NCBI GenBank assembly: GCA_964016885.1
Contig: OZ024745.1
Span: forward strand, 105,524,001 to 105,588,000
Origin: Eledone cirrhosa
Taxonomy: Eukaryota
Direction of reading: 5' to 3'
DNA length: 64,000 nt
Every line of letters begins with the position of its first letter. Position 1 is the stretch's first letter. Made by a program: the position numbers and the translations under genes. The notes under the pieces are model-generated. The model worked only from the letters and a program-made list of their open reading frames with translations. It did not search any database and was not told the origin of the DNA. Positions 58,717 to 64,000 of this stretch are shown here, piece after piece.

Positions 58717-59503
58717 AAAGATGAAGTAACGCAGGTGCAGCAAGTGACAAGACCAAATTAACGATTTGAAAATGTTGGTAAAAGGAATGTTTTCCCGTTC
58801 ATCTGCAACGTGTATTACGTCCAAACACTGAATTAGAAATTCAGTTATTTAACACCAATACCTATTATTGCAGCCAACTGCAGCTGCAGATTTCATTATA
58901 TCCAAATACTAATTTTCTTGCAGTAATCGCTTGACTGTTGCGTCTGTAAATACAGAATGTGGTTAAGAATGTGACAAACCTGTATAGTTTGTGTTATGTG
59001 CCTCCAGTCGACCCAATTCACTGTAGAACAAAGGCCGTTATAAATTGATTAAACTTTTTTTGCCTGGTGTTTAATTCAATCACAAATTATTCGAGCTGAG
59101 AGAAATTAGAATCCACATTTCAAACAACTGCCGACCTTTATAAGAATGCACGAACAGGAGTTAGGCAGTAGGGTGGTGGTGATTTGAGGTTTTTCTGTTC
59201 GTAATTATTGATATTTACTTGCTTCGTTGAAAGAATTGAAATAACGAGGAAAATTATATCAATTTGCATACTTTACTTTATTCTGTCTCGCTCCTACCAC
59301 CACTTTCTAAATAGATCTTTCTAAATTTCGTTTTATTGAAGTATACGTCGTAATATACACATCAGATCACGAACTGATGCTTGTATCAAACATTTTTGAC
59401 ACGACACAAACTACTTTATATTTGACTTAATACAGATAAACTCCTCCTCAATTATTATTTGTTATTTTGCTTCCAGATCCATTAATCCATTAATACAGAC
59501 AAA

Positions 59504-59564
<61 letters not shown>

Positions 59565-59634
59565 GCTCCTCCTACTACTACTACTGCTGCTACTGCTGCT
59601 ACTACTACTACTACACTGCTGGTGCTGCTGTTGT

Positions 59635-59669
<35 letters not shown>

Positions 59670-59681
59670 AGGATAATAATG

Positions 59682-59884
59682 GTTTCTTATATAGGCACAA
59701 GGCCAGCAATCTTGGGGGAAGGGAAAGTCGATTAAATCGACCGCAGTGCATTACTGGTACTTTATGTTATAGACCCCCTAAGGATGAAAGACAAAGTTAA
59801 ACTCGGCGGTATTTGAAACCAGAACGTAAAGGTCCATAACTCTATGCATGGTGTCTGTCGCTCTACTGATTCTGCCAATCCACC
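59682..59884 (-). mobile_element. SINE family A
   Basis: Reverse complement of the family A pattern. Confidence 0.8.
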
Positions 59885-59885
<1 letters not shown>

Positions 59886-59917
<32 letters not shown>

Positions 59918-60400
59918 TTCTTTATTGGCCACAAGGGCCTACACATCGAAGACACTACAAAAACACAGGGGCAGTGGGGCTTTACAATGAAATCGAGTAA
60001 AAGCAAATTATCAAAAACTATTAATAATAAAAACATAACAATACAAATTCCCCAATAGAGGGGAGAACCACCCAGGGGTGAATTAGGTGCCTCATCAATC
60101 CTTAACCACCCAACGCTTCGAGGGCACCCTGGAAAATCACCCCTCTCTTTCTGAAATCAACAAGCCCTACAGCTGCTTGTGCAGAGTAGGCTCATTCACA
60201 CGGGCCATTCTCGCCACATTCACCCACCCTTAGCAAATGTACTGAGAGGGTGGGGTGGCAGCGCTTCTCTCTCCACCCTCACGTTCATTTCCAAGGGAAA
60301 CTTGAAAAGATTGATGAGGGATTGGCAAAAGAGGAACGTGTTTGTCTTCAGTTCGTTCAACCTGTTCCATCACGCAACCTCTTTCGCTACCGCCACCTGA
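59886..60400 (-). mobile_element. Tx1/L1-like LINE 3' end
   Basis: Minus strand reads VAVAKEVA*WNRLNELKT; AATAAA plus (TTA)n tail; related to 57115-57715. Confidence 0.7.
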
Positions 60401-61324
60401 CACATTGTATTGGGTTGTCGAGTCTGAAATTTGTAGAAACTTGTTTTTTTCTAGCGAATTTCTACAAATTTCATACTTGACGCCCCAATATAAAAAATCA
60501 TGTAAGCATCATTTATTTACATGTGTCCCAATCTTTGTTGAGAACCTTACTCAGAAAACATATACATCTTCCTCAATGCACGAAGAAACACATAACCAAA
60601 CACTTTACATACCAATCAGATTTAGTAGAGCTAGTGAATTGATCCCGCAAATTTGCATAATATTAGTACTTACGATAATAGTTAATTCAATTATATATGA
60701 GATTGTGCACTAAGTAGCTGACATATATAAATTCATGTATGTACATTCAAAACATGTTTTAACTGAACCTACAAGAAATGTATATGTAAACACACACGCT
60801 AACTTCTCATAAATCCAACAATTAGATTATATCTGATGAATTAATAATGTATTACACCGCATATATGTTTTGGTGGCGGTGTTTAGTTGAAATATAATAT
60901 ATCATATACTATCTTAATATATCATACATAACACTCATCGCGAAACATAAAAAAAATGTGGCTATAAAACATGTTAATCTGTCCATGGGAAGTATCAGAG
61001 AGATTTGTCTTACTAGCTTCTGATCTTAAATCATCACAAGAACAAAAATATCAATCATTTTTCCATGGAAATATTATTACGTTGTAGCTATTTATTGTGT
61101 AAGACAGCTAAACACGTCTGTCTAATTTGCATAATAGTATATGCACTGACAACGTTATATAACATGCCCTAAACAACATCGACAGATGGTTATTGCTACT
61201 GAAAAGTGATGGAAAGAAATGATGGAAATATTTTGTTTACTTTTCACACGAGTTTAAGATTCCACGTTTATTTTTTTTTAATGATATAACTTATATCATA
61301 TTTTAAATATCTAAAGACACCGCG

Positions 61325-61510
61325 TAGTGCATTGAGAGTATCGGCGGAGAGTGAGACACCATGCTTTGCATCATAGATCTATGGTCCTTTACATTTTGAG
61401 TTCAAATCCAGCTGAGGTTAAAATTGCCTTTCATCCTTACGGGATTCGATAAAATAAAGCACAGTAATGCACTGGGGTAATTGCTGGCTTTGTGCAAAAA
61501 CTAGAAACGA
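61325..61510 (+). mobile_element. SINE family A (diverged)
   Basis: GAGTTCAAATCC..TTGCCTTTCATCCTTACGGG. Confidence 0.8.
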
Positions 61511-61941
61511 AAAGCTGATGGATCAGTTTAGCAGAGCCCTAATTAGAAGAGCATTAATAAGACTTAATTATAACTAGCTATGAATCACAAATCTCCACAT
61601 AGATATTCGTGCTATTTTTTGTGTAGGTCTAAAAGGATTTAAAAGTATTTAATTCGATTTAAAAGTATTTAATTCGATCATATTTGCTGATGAAGCGGTA
61701 ATATATTACTGACTAAACAATGTGTTGAAGGTGATATTAAAAGTACATCTTTATAAACAAAAAAGCAATGATAACTTACATTACATTTTAAATTATCGAA
61801 CTAGATTGTAGATTATTGTATTGTGTGTATATATACATATATTTACTTCTGTGTTCATAGATTGATTTGATTTTTTAGTTTCAGAAGATCCCGTTAAGGA
61901 TGAAAGCAACGATTCTTTGCTTAAACTTTAATCTGTTATTT

Positions 61942-61981
<40 letters not shown>

Positions 61982-62002
61982 GTTGTATCTGATCGAGACG
62001 AA

Positions 62003-62059
<57 letters not shown>

Positions 62060-62143
62060 GTGTGTGTTTGTAGATGTAGGTATTTACAAGTAAGTAAGTA
62101 TATATGAATTCATATAAATGTTGATAAATAGATAAATAAATAC

Positions 62144-62265
<122 letters not shown>

Positions 62266-62339
62266 GAAAAACGGGTAAAGTTCCATACAAATCAAAGGTA
62301 AACAGTAGAAGGGAAAATGCATAGAGATATGTTTTTAGA

Positions 62340-62531
62340 TGGATTGGCAGTATGGGTAGAGTGTCTGAGGCCATGCTTTGCAGTAAAGAGTTACGGCCCT
62401 TTATGATCTGAGTTCAAATCCAGCCGAGGTTAACTTTGCCTTTCATCCGTACGGGGTCGTTAAAATAAAATACCAGTAATAAATAAACTAGGATAATTGC
62501 TGGCCTTGTGCCAAAAATAGAAACAATTATT
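62340..62531 (+). mobile_element. SINE family A
   Basis: Full head-to-tail match to the other copies. Confidence 0.88.
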
Positions 62532-62681
62532 TCTCTTTAATCCGACAGAAAGGATATTTCTATTATTGTTATATTAAGTGGATGTTGTCAATGTTTCTGG
62601 TTTCGCTTCATGTATCAATCTCATAAGATTTTTTAAAAGTCTGTTCTCCTAATCTGTAAGCAGTTAGAATACCTATATGAG

Positions 62682-62737
<56 letters not shown>

Positions 62738-62948
62738 GTATATATATAACAAAGCGAGATTGGGGTTTTGCTTGATTAAAAAGCATTTACAAAGATCCTG
62801 AGCCACCCATATTTGAAACGGTCGTAACTGTATAATGTATAAAGATTTTAATGTGAAACCTCGCTTTGTCTTTAATATATACACTCTGCCTTAGCATAGA
62901 GTGCTGATTTTGGTACCTTCCTCAGTAAACCATGAAACTACTGTACCA

Positions 62949-63002
<54 letters not shown>

Positions 63003-63280
63003 TATGCGAGTGTTTCTTATTGGCATCATGACACTTCCAAAGCATAACAATATATATATATATATATACAAATATATATACACATATATATATATATATA
63101 TATATACAAATTATATATATATATATATATATACAAATTATATATATATATATATATATAAATACACAAATATATATATATATATATATACACAAATATA
63201 TATATATATATACACACAAATATATATATATATATATATTTGTGTATATATATATAATTTGTATATATATATATATTTGT

Positions 63281-63328
<48 letters not shown>

Positions 63329-63798
63329 ATGCTTTGGGAGTGTCATGATGCCAATAAGAAACAAACACACCAGTTGCTTTCACTCCAATTTATTATAAAT
63401 AAAATTTATACATTTAAGAATTTATAAATATCCGGTTGGTTGGTTGGTTCCATAACCGGACTGTTGTTCATATATTGTCAAAGTTCTTTCGTCACACATT
63501 CTGTGACCTCTTCAGTGACTTCAGAACAAAGGAGAGGCGCAAAAGAAAGAAAAGAATCCCCAGTCACTGAAGAGGTCACAGGATATGTGACGAAAGAACT
63601 TTGACAATATATGAACAACCGTCTGGTTATGGAACCAACCAACCAACCGGAAATTTATAAATTTAATTTATAATAAATTGGAGTGAAAAAACTGGTGCGT
63701 GTGTTTCTTATTGGCGACATGACCCTCCCAAAGCATAACAATATCGGTTTCAACACACGTTTTCAGATAAAGAATCGTGCTAAACAAATTCAGAAACG

Positions 63799-63800
<2 letters not shown>
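63003..63800. mobile_element. Inverted pseudo-LTR cluster of the Naiad-like PLE; HHRs at 63477-63519 (-) and 63563-63605 (+)
   Basis: GTCA CTGAAGA G GTCAC..GTGAC GAA AGAACT T TGAC in both orientations; copies face each other across TA tracts. Confidence 0.82.
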
Positions 63801-63846
<46 letters not shown>

Positions 63847-64000
63847 ATAGATATATATATGTATGTATATATATCCCGGGTTCAATCGGGGGTAACCACA
63901 GTAAGTAAGGTACTCAATGCATAGTAGAGTATAAATATTTAATAAAGAAATTATATATATATATATATATATATAAATAATTGTGTGTGTGTGTGTGTGT

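Noticed and set aside
61684-61730. CTGATGA, a hairpin, then TAAAC
   Set aside because: GAAA is mutated and stem I is absent; too degenerate to call
62745-62872. GAAACGGTCGTA inside ACAAAGCGAG/CTCGCTTTGT inverted ends
   Set aside because: No recognisable CUGANGA core; at most a remnant

Overview
AT-rich eukaryotic DNA made almost entirely of repeats. It is probably intergenic or intronic sequence from an invertebrate; the SINE families and the very high microsatellite load suggest a cephalopod such as Octopus (inference). No intact host gene is recognisable, and most long ORFs in the track are artefacts of (TA)n, (TATG)n, (CT)n or (CA)n tracts. Recognisable elements: three Penelope-like element (PLE) fragments with RT and/or GIY-YIG domains, a decayed R4/Dong-like retrotransposon in a (TATG)n array, RTE and Tx1/L1 3' ends, two tRNA-SINE families, an RTE-related non-autonomous element, hAT MITEs, non-autonomous Helitrons and a mariner fragment. 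The main hidden signal is about 18 minimal type I hammerhead ribozyme (HHR) motifs from several families, with palindromic stem III and visible covariation. They occur in two settings. (i) A structured ~435-bp tandem unit at three loci, which looks like a non-LTR retrozyme (circRNA precursor) and carries an octamer hairpin. (ii) Fold-back PLE pseudo-LTR units docked against (TA)n tracts. At all three loci the 5' end of the candidate retrozyme is fused to PLE-type sequence. All HHR calls were folded by eye, and activity is untested.
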